From positions 1-48,363 of the forward strand of contig JAFDER010000001.1 of the NCBI GenBank assembly GCA_019310245.1: a stretch of 48,363 nucleotides of DNA. Reading direction: 5' to 3'. This document shows positions 16,301 to 23,337 of this stretch, piece by piece. The position numbers and the translations under genes were made by a program. Under the pieces are notes generated by a model. It was not told the origin of the DNA. It worked only from the letters and a program-made list of their open reading frames with translations, and did not search any database. Source of the stretch: Deltaproteobacteria bacterium (GTDB lineage: Bacteria > Myxococcota_A > Polyangia > DRWM01). Within the stretch, counting starts at the first letter, position 1, and every line of letters begins with the position of its first letter.

Positions 16301-16564
16301 TTGAGCGAGCTCTTGGATACCATCGTCAAGGTCATCGAGGAGAAGATCAATCCGGTCCTCGCCGTGGACAGGGGTGCGGTCGAGGTCGCGGAGGTGCGCG
16401 AGGACGAGGGCGTGGTCGTCGTTCGCTACACGGGCCGGTGTGCCGGGTGTCCCGCGACGGCGCTGACCCACCGCAAGGTGGTGACGAGCGCGCTGCTCGC
16501 CGCGGATCGCTCCATCCGGAAGGTCGAGTACACCCTGCTTGCAGAGGGTGAAGAGGAAGCGTGA
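16301..16564 (+). CDS. NifU C-terminal-domain-like Fe-S assembly/scaffold protein (87 aa)
   Basis: The pattern KVIEEKINPVLAVDRGAVEVAEV...VVVVRYTGRCAGCPATALT matches the NifU-like domain (IRP-L--DGG--E-V...G-C-GCP). The start is TTG. Confidence 0.8.
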   Translation: MSELLDTIVKVIEEKINPVLAVDRGAVEVAEVREDEGVVVVRYTGRCAGCPATALTHRKVVTSALLAADRSIRKVEYTLLAEGEEEA

Positions 16565-18510
16565 GCCTGGACGGTGGACCACGGGCCGGACGGCTGGTCT
16601 GCTTCACAGCACTCCTGTCCGTGCTTGCGGCCTCGTGCCACTGCAGGGGAGGTGGCGGCAGCGTGCAGGACGAGCCTGGCGTCCAGGACGGTCCACGGCT
16701 CGTCGTCCTTGGCGTCGATGGGCTCGACCCCCGCCTGCTCGACGATCTTGTGGTGCGCGGCAAGGTGCCGAATCTCGCGCGGCTCCACCGTTCTGCCCTC
16801 TCGACCACCGTGCCCTCCGACCCGGCCACGGCCTGGTCGAGCTTCGTGACCGGGACGCCTCCCGCGGCCCACGGCATCCTGGGTGACGTGATGAGGCTTC
16901 CGTCGAGCTACGATCTCGCAATGCCGTGCCTCCCTTCCGGCGGCTCGGGCCTGCAGCCCTCGCCGAGCGTGAGGCTGGGCGAGTCGTTCTGGGCCGCCGC
17001 GGCGCGCGCAGGCAAGCGCGTGCGGGTCCTGCGCGCCCCCTTCTCCTTCCCCCAATCCACGGCAGGCGCCGCTGAGGTGCTCAGCGGAGCGGGGACACCG
17101 GATCTCGGCGGCGGTCCGGGGGCCTACATGCTTGTTCGGACGTCCGCTCCAGCGGCCGGGGGCAGGCCGCCCGACGGGGGAATCGAGCTCGCGGCCGAGT
17201 CCTTGCCTGGCGGCGGGTGGAGGGTGCGTGTCGCGGGACCGGTGCAGGGAGGCAAGGAGACGGCCGCCGAGCTGACGATGAGCTGGTCGGTGGCCGCCGG
17301 CACGACGGACCGTGTGCTGCTCGTGGACGCAGGCCGCTCCGTCGTGAGTGCCGTACCGGGCAAGTGGAGCGACTGGATCGAGCTCTCGTTCGAGGGTGGC
17401 GGGAAGAAGATCACTGGAATCACGCGAGTCCTGCCCCTGTCCGGCGGCCCGGGCCTCGAGGCCGTGCTCGAGCCCGTGGGTGCCGACCCCTACGCTCCGA
17501 TCATGCCCCTCTCGTCTCCGCGCTACTATGCCGGATTCCTCGCGGATCGCTACGGCCGTTTTCGCACGACGGGATCCCTCGTCGACGAGCACGCCTATGC
17601 CGCCGGGCAGATCGGTCCGGCCGCACTTCTCAACCAGACCTACTCCTCGTGGGAGCGGTCGGAGCGCATGACCCTCGGCGAGCTCGGCCGGGGGGGATGG
17701 GACCTGCTCCTGTCGGTTTTTCCGCAGACAGGCGCGGCGGTGAGGGTGCTTGCCAGGGCAGGGGACGACCGGCTGCCCGCGCACGACTCGGCCCTGGATG
17801 CGGGGTACGGCGAGAACCTGGAGAAGCTCTACTCGCGGCTCGACGGACTGGTCGGCGAGATCATGAAGGGCCTGTCTGCGAGCGACCGGCTGATCGTCGT
17901 CGGGGTGCGCGGCGTCCGACCCGTACGCCGCGAGCTCAACCTGACCTCGTGGCTCGTCAAGGAGGGCTACACCACGCTCCTGCGCAAGGCGAAGTCGAGC
18001 ACGAAGGATGGGTACGCGGACGTGGACTGGGAGCGCACCCGGGCCTTTGCTGCGGGTGCGGGAGCCATCTACCTCAACCTCGCCGGCCGCGAGCCACAGG
18101 GCGTCGTCCAGTCCGGCGAGGAGGCGAAGGACCTGCTCGAGGACCTGCGCAGGAAGCTCCTTGCCCTCAGGGACGGCTCGAGCGCCGTGGTCAAGGACGT
18201 CGTGTCAGGAGCCGACGTGTTCTCTGGTCCGGCCGCGGATCGTGCGCCGGATCTTCTCGTCGTGCTCCAGGCGGGATACGCCATCGGTCCGGCGTGCCGG
18301 CTCGGTGCCGTGCCGCCGCGCGTGCTGCAGGACAGCACGCAGCCCTGGATTCCTGCTGCCGACGGAGGCGATCCCGCAGACGCGCGGGGGGTCTTCCTGG
18401 CGACCCTGCCGCCGCGCACGGATCCTTCGGTCGTCGACGTGGCTCCCACGGTGCTCGGATTCTTCGGGATCAAGCCGCCGCCCACCTGTACGGGCCGCAA
18501 TCTCTGGTAG
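16561..18510 (+). CDS. alkaline-phosphatase-superfamily nucleotide pyrophosphatase/phosphodiesterase, probable lipoprotein
   Basis: The sequence has LVVLGVDGLDPRLLDDL, TTVPSDPATAWSSFVTGTPPAAHGI and a later VVGVRG/...PDLLVVLQAGY segment, typical of type I phosphodiesterases. The signal peptide has LAASC. The GTG start overlaps the stop of the NifU-like gene. Confidence 0.8.
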   Translation: MSLDGGPRAGRLVCFTALLSVLAASCHCRGGGGSVQDEPGVQDGPRLVVLGVDGLDPRLLDDLVVRGKVPNLARLHRSALSTTVPSDPATAWSSFVTGTPPAAHGILGDVMRLPSSYDLAMPCLPSGGSGLQPSPSVRLGESFWAAAARAGKRVRVLRAPFSFPQSTAGAAEVLSGAGTPDLGGGPGAYMLVRTSAPAAGGRPPDGGIELAAESLPGGGWRVRVAGPVQGGKETAAELTMSWSVAAGTTDRVLLVDAGRSVVSAVPGKWSDWIELSFEGGGKKITGITRVLPLSGGPGLEAVLEPVGADPYAPIMPLSSPRYYAGFLADRYGRFRTTGSLVDEHAYAAGQIGPAALLNQTYSSWERSERMTLGELGRGGWDLLLSVFPQTGAAVRVLARAGDDRLPAHDSALDAGYGENLEKLYSRLDGLVGEIMKGLSASDRLIVVGVRGVRPVRRELNLTSWLVKEGYTTLLRKAKSSTKDGYADVDWERTRAFAAGAGAIYLNLAGREPQGVVQSGEEAKDLLEDLRRKLLALRDGSSAVVKDVVSGADVFSGPAADRAPDLLVVLQAGYAIGPACRLGAVPPRVLQDSTQPWIPAADGGDPADARGVFLATLPPRTDPSVVDVAPTVLGFFGIKPPPTCTGRNLW

Positions 18511-18512
18511 CA

Positions 18513-18820
18513 AAACAGGACTGCCCAGGTCCCTGCTCTCCCGTGTCCCCGAGCTTGCCCTGAGCCTGTCGAAGGGCCTGTCGAAGGGCAGCGCCACGCC
18601 GCTTGCACGAGCGGACAGGTGTGCGGGGCGCTCACTTCGCCCTTCAGGCTCGTGGTCCCAACTTGACAATTCCAGCTTGCTGGAATTCTCCAGTGGCGGT
18701 CACGCCACCCGGGGGAACTTTAGGGTGGCTTTGACCCCGCACGCTGCCCGCTCCGATGCCCCAGCAGGACTGAGCCTATCCCGGTCGAAGGGCCAGGTGA
18801 AGCGGATGCGTGGGAACGTG
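18513..18820. repeat. mosaic intergenic repeat, copy B
   Basis: It aligns by eye with copy A through AAACAGGACTGC...GAGCTTGCCCTGAGCCTGTCGAAGGGCCTGTCGAAGGGC...CTCACTTCGCCCT...CTCGTGGTCCC...GACAATTCCAG. It carries a 12/14 version of the hairpin (18662-18693) and a third, degenerate GTCGAAGGGC at 18784-18793. Confidence 0.85.
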
Positions 18821-18821
18821 A

Positions 18822-19895
18822 TCAGACGTCGCCGTCCGTGGAGGCGTCCGTGCTCGTGGAGACGCACTCGAACGTGCACGTGAATGCGCCGATCACGGGC
18901 TCGCACCGCGTCCCGCTCGTGCACGAGTTGCCGCACGTGCCGCAGTTCGTGTCCGAGTTCGGCATGCAGCCGCCCTGCAGGGGGCAGCACAGCAGGCACG
19001 CGTCATATGGCCCCGGAGGGGTCAGGTCGCTGCACAGGAAGAACGTGCACGTGCTCATGTCGCAGGGAGGGTCCTCGCCGCACACGCACGAGCCGTCCAC
19101 GCACGCCCATCCGTTCGATCCGCACGTGTGGCCGCACGTGCCGCAGTTCGTCGAGTCGTAGCGCAGGTCCTTGCACACACCCGTGCAGCAGCCGTATCCC
19201 GGCGGGCACTCGGCGCCGGCGCAGTTGCATGCGCCGTCGTTGCAGCTCAGGCCCGTCTCGCACGCCACGCCGCAGTCGCCGCAGTTGTTGACGTCGGACA
19301 GGATGTTGCGGCACCCCAGATCCGGACAGCACTTCTGGCCTGAGTGGCAGGCCGGGGCCGAGTTGCACTGGCACCGTCCACCCGAGCATGCGTCCGCCTC
19401 CAGGGGGTCGCACGCGTTGCCGCAGAAGCCGCAGTTGTCCATGTGCGTGTCCGTGTTCACGCACGTGCCGGAGCAGCAGCGCATCGGGTCGCCGCCGCAG
19501 TCGGGCGGGTCGCAGGGCGTGCTCGTGCACACGCCCGAGGAGCAGGACTGCCCCTCCGGACAGGCGTGGCCGCACGATCCGCAGTGGTCCGAGTCGATCT
19601 GCAGGTTGGCGCACACCGGGTCGCCGCCCGAGACGGTGCAGCACTCCTCGCCGGTGCCGCACGGCGGTTCGCACGAGGCACCGACGCACACGCCCTCCTG
19701 GCAGATCTGGCTGCCCACGCACGCGTTGCCGCACGCGCCGCAGTTCTCGGGATCCGTCTGCAGGTTCTCGCAGAAGCCGCCGCAGCACTCGAGGCCCGCC
19801 GCGCATGACGGATCGCAATCACCCTTGTTCTGCGCGCAGCTGCCGAGGGCCGCCGCCAGGACGGCGGCAAGGATGACTGTCCTCGTCGGTCTCAT
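18822..19895 (-). CDS. Cys-rich repeat lipoprotein (six Stig1-like ~45-50 aa modules)
   Basis: The signal peptide has lipobox ALGSC. I count 65 Cys in 357 aa by hand. Six modules each contain CC...C-x(6-9)-D-x(1-3)-NCG-x-CG-x-x-C...G-x-C. A strong SD (AAGGAGGG) precedes the ATG. Third positions are G/C-rich. Confidence 0.85.
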   Translation of the reverse strand: MRPTRTVILAAVLAAALGSCAQNKGDCDPSCAAGLECCGGFCENLQTDPENCGACGNACVGSQICQEGVCVGASCEPPCGTGEECCTVSGGDPVCANLQIDSDHCGSCGHACPEGQSCSSGVCTSTPCDPPDCGGDPMRCCSGTCVNTDTHMDNCGFCGNACDPLEADACSGGRCQCNSAPACHSGQKCCPDLGCRNILSDVNNCGDCGVACETGLSCNDGACNCAGAECPPGYGCCTGVCKDLRYDSTNCGTCGHTCGSNGWACVDGSCVCGEDPPCDMSTCTFFLCSDLTPPGPYDACLLCCPLQGGCMPNSDTNCGTCGNSCTSGTRCEPVIGAFTCTFECVSTSTDASTDGDV

Positions 19896-19947
19896 GGGGA
19901 TCCCTCCTTGGCTTCACGGTGAGCAGAGCACTTTGCTCCGACCCCTG

Positions 19948-21066
19948 TCAACCCGGCTCGACCGCCGTGCGCGCAAGCGATGACCAGCCCTGAGTGCGCG
20001 CCGCGCGGGCGATGGCGGATCGGTCCGGCGGTCGGGTCAGGAGCCGCGTGATGGCTCGCGCGAGCTCCGCGGCGCTTCGGGGAGGCACGAGCAGACCGTC
20101 TCGTCCCTCCCGCATCAGGTCGGGCAGGTCGCCCACGCGCGTCGATACGACGGGCACCCCCGCGGCCCGGGCCAGGGGCAGGATGCCGCTGCCGGTCGCC
20201 TCCCGGTAGGGGAGCGCCACCAGATCCGCCGCGCGCAGCCAGACGCCGACCTCGGCGTTCGGGACGTAGCCGTTTCTCAGCAGCACGCTCCGCTCGAGCC
20301 CGAGCCTGCGGACCTGCTCCTCGTATCTGTCCACCGGCTCGTAGAACTCGCCTGCGGCCGCGAGCCTGGCAGAGGGGACGCTCTGCACGACTCCGGCCAT
20401 GGCCTCGACGAGATCCCCGAGGCCCTTGTAGGCACGCACGTATCCGAAGAACAGGATCAGCGGCCCGTCGGGGGACAGGCCGAGACGTGAGCGGGCCTCC
20501 GCCCTGCCGAGGGATGGTCCGGCAAGGCCGTGATATGGGGGATGAGGGTGCACTGCCACATCGGTCCGAGGCCACCAGGATCGGGCCTTCTCCGCCTCGC
20601 TCCGGCCGTGGACGATGATGCGGTCCGCGGGCGCGAGTGCGGTCCTGACGGCTGCCTGCGCGGCCGCAACCGGTTCGTGCGGCAGCAGATTGTGGCACAC
20701 CACCGTGATCGGAATACCGTGGGCCGCGATCATCCGCAGCAGCGCCCAGGTGGCGGGCGCGAACCAGGGGTGCCACCACTGGTGGACCAGGCGGTCCGTG
20801 CCGTAGTCCCGCATCAGCCGGGCGGCCTCGATCCAGGTCCACGGACGCATCGGGTCGAGGATCCTCACGGCCTCGACCGGCAGGCCCAGGGGGCTCGCAT
20901 CGTGCTGGGTGGTGCCCGGGAACAGCAGGTCCGGGTACTGCCTGACCCACGAGAAGAGACGGGCGCTCCCGAGGCCCGAGAGCGCCGAGCCGAGGTGGAG
21001 CGTGTAGTGTGCGATCCCGCCGCGAAACGGCGGCGCCAGACCGGTCAGTGCATAAGACGGCGCCAC
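19948..21066 (-). CDS. glycosyltransferase family 4 (GT-B, Glycos_transf_1)
   Basis: The C-terminal half ADLVALPYREATGSGILPLARAAGVPVVSTRVGDLPDLM..GRDGLLVPP is the EX7E-type GT4 signature region. Start proposed at GTG 21066, 2 nt after the upstream stop. The track ATG at 21225 lies inside the preceding gene. Confidence 0.8.
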   Translation of the reverse strand: MAPSYALTGLAPPFRGGIAHYTLHLGSALSGLGSARLFSWVRQYPDLLFPGTTQHDASPLGLPVEAVRILDPMRPWTWIEAARLMRDYGTDRLVHQWWHPWFAPATWALLRMIAAHGIPITVVCHNLLPHEPVAAAQAAVRTALAPADRIIVHGRSEAEKARSWWPRTDVAVHPHPPYHGLAGPSLGRAEARSRLGLSPDGPLILFFGYVRAYKGLGDLVEAMAGVVQSVPSARLAAAGEFYEPVDRYEEQVRRLGLERSVLLRNGYVPNAEVGVWLRAADLVALPYREATGSGILPLARAAGVPVVSTRVGDLPDLMREGRDGLLVPPRSAAELARAITRLLTRPPDRSAIARAARTQGWSSLARTAVEPG

Positions 21067-21068
21067 GC

Positions 21069-22208
21069 TCAGGCCCCTTTCCTGATCCGGGAAACCAGCG
21101 AGAGCGCCCCTGCCAGCTCGAGGGGATCGAGAAGGATGTTCGCGTACATCTGGTTGGCGAGAGGGCAGCCACACTCCCCGCTCCTGATCCGCCTCCGGAC
21201 CCGGGAGGCGGCCGTGCCGGACCATGCCTCACGGAAGTCCATGTCCATCTGCCGCAGGTCGGCCATCCGGTTGGCCCTTGCCTGGACGGCGCACGCCCAG
21301 AGCCTCCCCCGCGGCCCCACGTGGGCGTTCGTGGATCCTGCGTAGCACCTGAGCGGGCCAGCGCTTGTCCTCAGCCACCTCATCGTGAGCGGGATCATGC
21401 GCAGCCTCAGCGCGGCCTTCAGGGCACCCATCGCGTCGGAGCGCTCGATGGTCTGTCTGAGCGCCGCGGCGAACGGCCTGACGGCCCTGGCATACTCCGC
21501 GGCCGAGGGCGTGATGGCCCAGCTCTCGTTTCCCATCTCCTCGCGGTTCTCGGCGATCTCGTGGATGATGCTGTCGAGGTCGAGCGTCTCGGCCATCCGC
21601 ACCACGTCACCGGCCTCGTCGAGGTTGAGCCTCGAGAGCACCGTGCCGCAGCCCACCTCCAGTCTGCCCGGATGGCGTCCTCGCAGTTCCAGGAGCCGCT
21701 CGAGCGTCTCCATGACCCTGTCGTAGTTGCCCTCGATGCCCCGGATCCTGTCGTGGACGGGGCCGATGCCGTCGATCGAGGGTTTCACGCTCAGCACCGC
21801 ATCGCGGTCCTCGATGACCGCGAGGATCTGCCCGACCGTATCGACCACGCGACCGGGATCGAGACCGTTCGTGGGCAGGTGCACGTGCGCGGGCTCGAGG
21901 AGCCTCGCTCCCGACTCGATGATGGCCGCCAGGTCGTCCCTCAGGGTCGGCTCGCCTCCGGAGATGTTCAGGAAGTAGACGGACCCCCTGCCGATCGAGG
22001 CAAACAGCCGCTCGTATTCGTCGAGCGTGAGCTCAGTGCCGGGCTCCAGCAAGGAGGGCTCGGAGCACCAGATCCCGCAGGTGCGGCAGCGCGAGTTGCA
22101 GGCTCGCGTCACGCTGACCGTCAGGTTGAGAGGCATCGGAGGCGTTCGACGCAAGGCCCGGGCGGCTGCATGGGAGGCAAGCCCGATGGCCTGGGGCAGC
22201 CCTGTCAC
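21069..22208 (-). CDS. radical SAM enzyme with an extra C-terminal Cys-containing (twitch/SPASM-like) region
   Basis: The sequence has CNSRCRTC (CX3CX2C) at LTVSVTRACNSRCRTCGIW, plus FLNISGGEPTLRDD. The C-terminal cysteines lie in CYAGSTNAHVGPRGRLWAC and SGECGCP. The ATG overlaps the GT2 stop. Confidence 0.9.
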   Translation of the reverse strand: MTGLPQAIGLASHAAARALRRTPPMPLNLTVSVTRACNSRCRTCGIWCSEPSLLEPGTELTLDEYERLFASIGRGSVYFLNISGGEPTLRDDLAAIIESGARLLEPAHVHLPTNGLDPGRVVDTVGQILAVIEDRDAVLSVKPSIDGIGPVHDRIRGIEGNYDRVMETLERLLELRGRHPGRLEVGCGTVLSRLNLDEAGDVVRMAETLDLDSIIHEIAENREEMGNESWAITPSAAEYARAVRPFAAALRQTIERSDAMGALKAALRLRMIPLTMRWLRTSAGPLRCYAGSTNAHVGPRGRLWACAVQARANRMADLRQMDMDFREAWSGTAASRVRRRIRSGECGCPLANQMYANILLDPLELAGALSLVSRIRKGA

Positions 22209-23248
22209 TCCTCCCCGTCCGTGGCGGGATCGTCGTCTTCAGGTGGCTCGAGCCTCCCGGAGCTCTTGATGTACGGCGTCAGATCGCTCCTGTGGTTGAA
22301 GTATGTGATCATCTCGCCGAGGAGTCCGAGGGTGAAGACCTGGCCGCTGAGCAGGATGAGCAGGACCCCGAACAGGAGCAGGGGACGTTCCTGCAGCGAG
22401 CCTCCCGACAGCCAGAAGCCGAAGAGATACACGCTGACGGCCATTCCGAAGAACATCAGGATGGAGGCGATTCCTCCCAGAAGGTGCATCGGCCGCTTGT
22501 GGTACCGCGTGAGGAACGTGACCGTGAGAAGGTCGAACATCCCTCGCCATGCCCGGGCCGGTCCGTAGCGGCTCCTGCCGTGCGCTCGAGGCCTGTGTGT
22601 CACCGAGGTCTCGGTGACCCGGAACCCCCTCCAGGCGGCGAGCAGGGGCAGGAAGCGATGCATCTCGCCGTACAGGCCCATGCCCTCGACCACCTCGCGA
22701 CGCATCGCCTTGAAGCCGCTGTTGATATCGTGGAGCTTGAGCCCCGAGGCGAGCCTCGCCACCGAGTTGAACATCCAGGAGGCCAGCCTCCTCACGAGTG
22801 GATCCTGGCGCTGCGCCTTGCGTCCGATGACCATGTCGAAGCCCTCGTCGAGGGATTCGAGAAGCTTCGGGATCATGGCGGGATCATCCTGCAGATCCGC
22901 ATCCAGTGTCATGACGATCGAGCCGGAGGCCTGACCGAAGCCGGCGGACAGAGCGGACGCCTTGCCCAGGTTCCTGCGGAACTCCACCAGCCGGATCCTG
23001 CGCACCAGGTCCGGCTCCAGTCCGTCCAGACCCTCCCGGTAGCCGTCCGTGCTGCCGTCGTCGACCAGGATGATCTCCCACGTGGGCCCCTCCTCGAGCG
23101 CCCTGCCTATCTCCTCGACGAGCGTCGGCAGGCTCGGGGCCTCGTTGTAGAAGGGGACGACGATGCTGATATCGACCCCGGATTCCCCGGCTCTTTTCGT
23201 TTTCCTATCCGAGCGCACGGAACTCCTGCCCGGTGATGAAAAAAGCAT
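22205..23248 (-). CDS. polyprenyl-phosphate glycosyltransferase, GT2 (GtrB/ArnC/DPM1-like) with two C-terminal TM segments
   Basis: The sequence has ISIVVPFYNEAPSL, EIILVDDGSTDG and LDADLQDDP, plus C-terminal hydrophobic segments (LLGGIASILMFFGMAVSVYLFGF and LLLFGVLLILLSGQVFTLGLL). The exact start is uncertain, because ATG 23248 sits in an AT-rich promoter island. Confidence 0.85.
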   Translation of the reverse strand: MLFSSPGRSSVRSDRKTKRAGESGVDISIVVPFYNEAPSLPTLVEEIGRALEEGPTWEIILVDDGSTDGYREGLDGLEPDLVRRIRLVEFRRNLGKASALSAGFGQASGSIVMTLDADLQDDPAMIPKLLESLDEGFDMVIGRKAQRQDPLVRRLASWMFNSVARLASGLKLHDINSGFKAMRREVVEGMGLYGEMHRFLPLLAAWRGFRVTETSVTHRPRAHGRSRYGPARAWRGMFDLLTVTFLTRYHKRPMHLLGGIASILMFFGMAVSVYLFGFWLSGGSLQERPLLLFGVLLILLSGQVFTLGLLGEMITYFNHRSDLTPYIKSSGRLEPPEDDDPATDGEE

Positions 23249-23276
23249 TGTTCACTCGGGATCGTTATTGTAAGAT
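23248..23276 (+). promoter_or_regulatory. sigma70-like promoter candidate (TTGTTC-N17-TAAGAT) for the TPR-lpxC operon
   Basis: The hexamers were read in the only AT-rich stretch (23235-23310) between the divergent genes. The spacer was counted by hand. Confidence 0.35.
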
Positions 23277-23337
23277 CAACCCTCAATTTTTATCAAACGA
23301 TCCCTACCGGGCCTGCGGGTCCGGACAGGTTGCCAAG

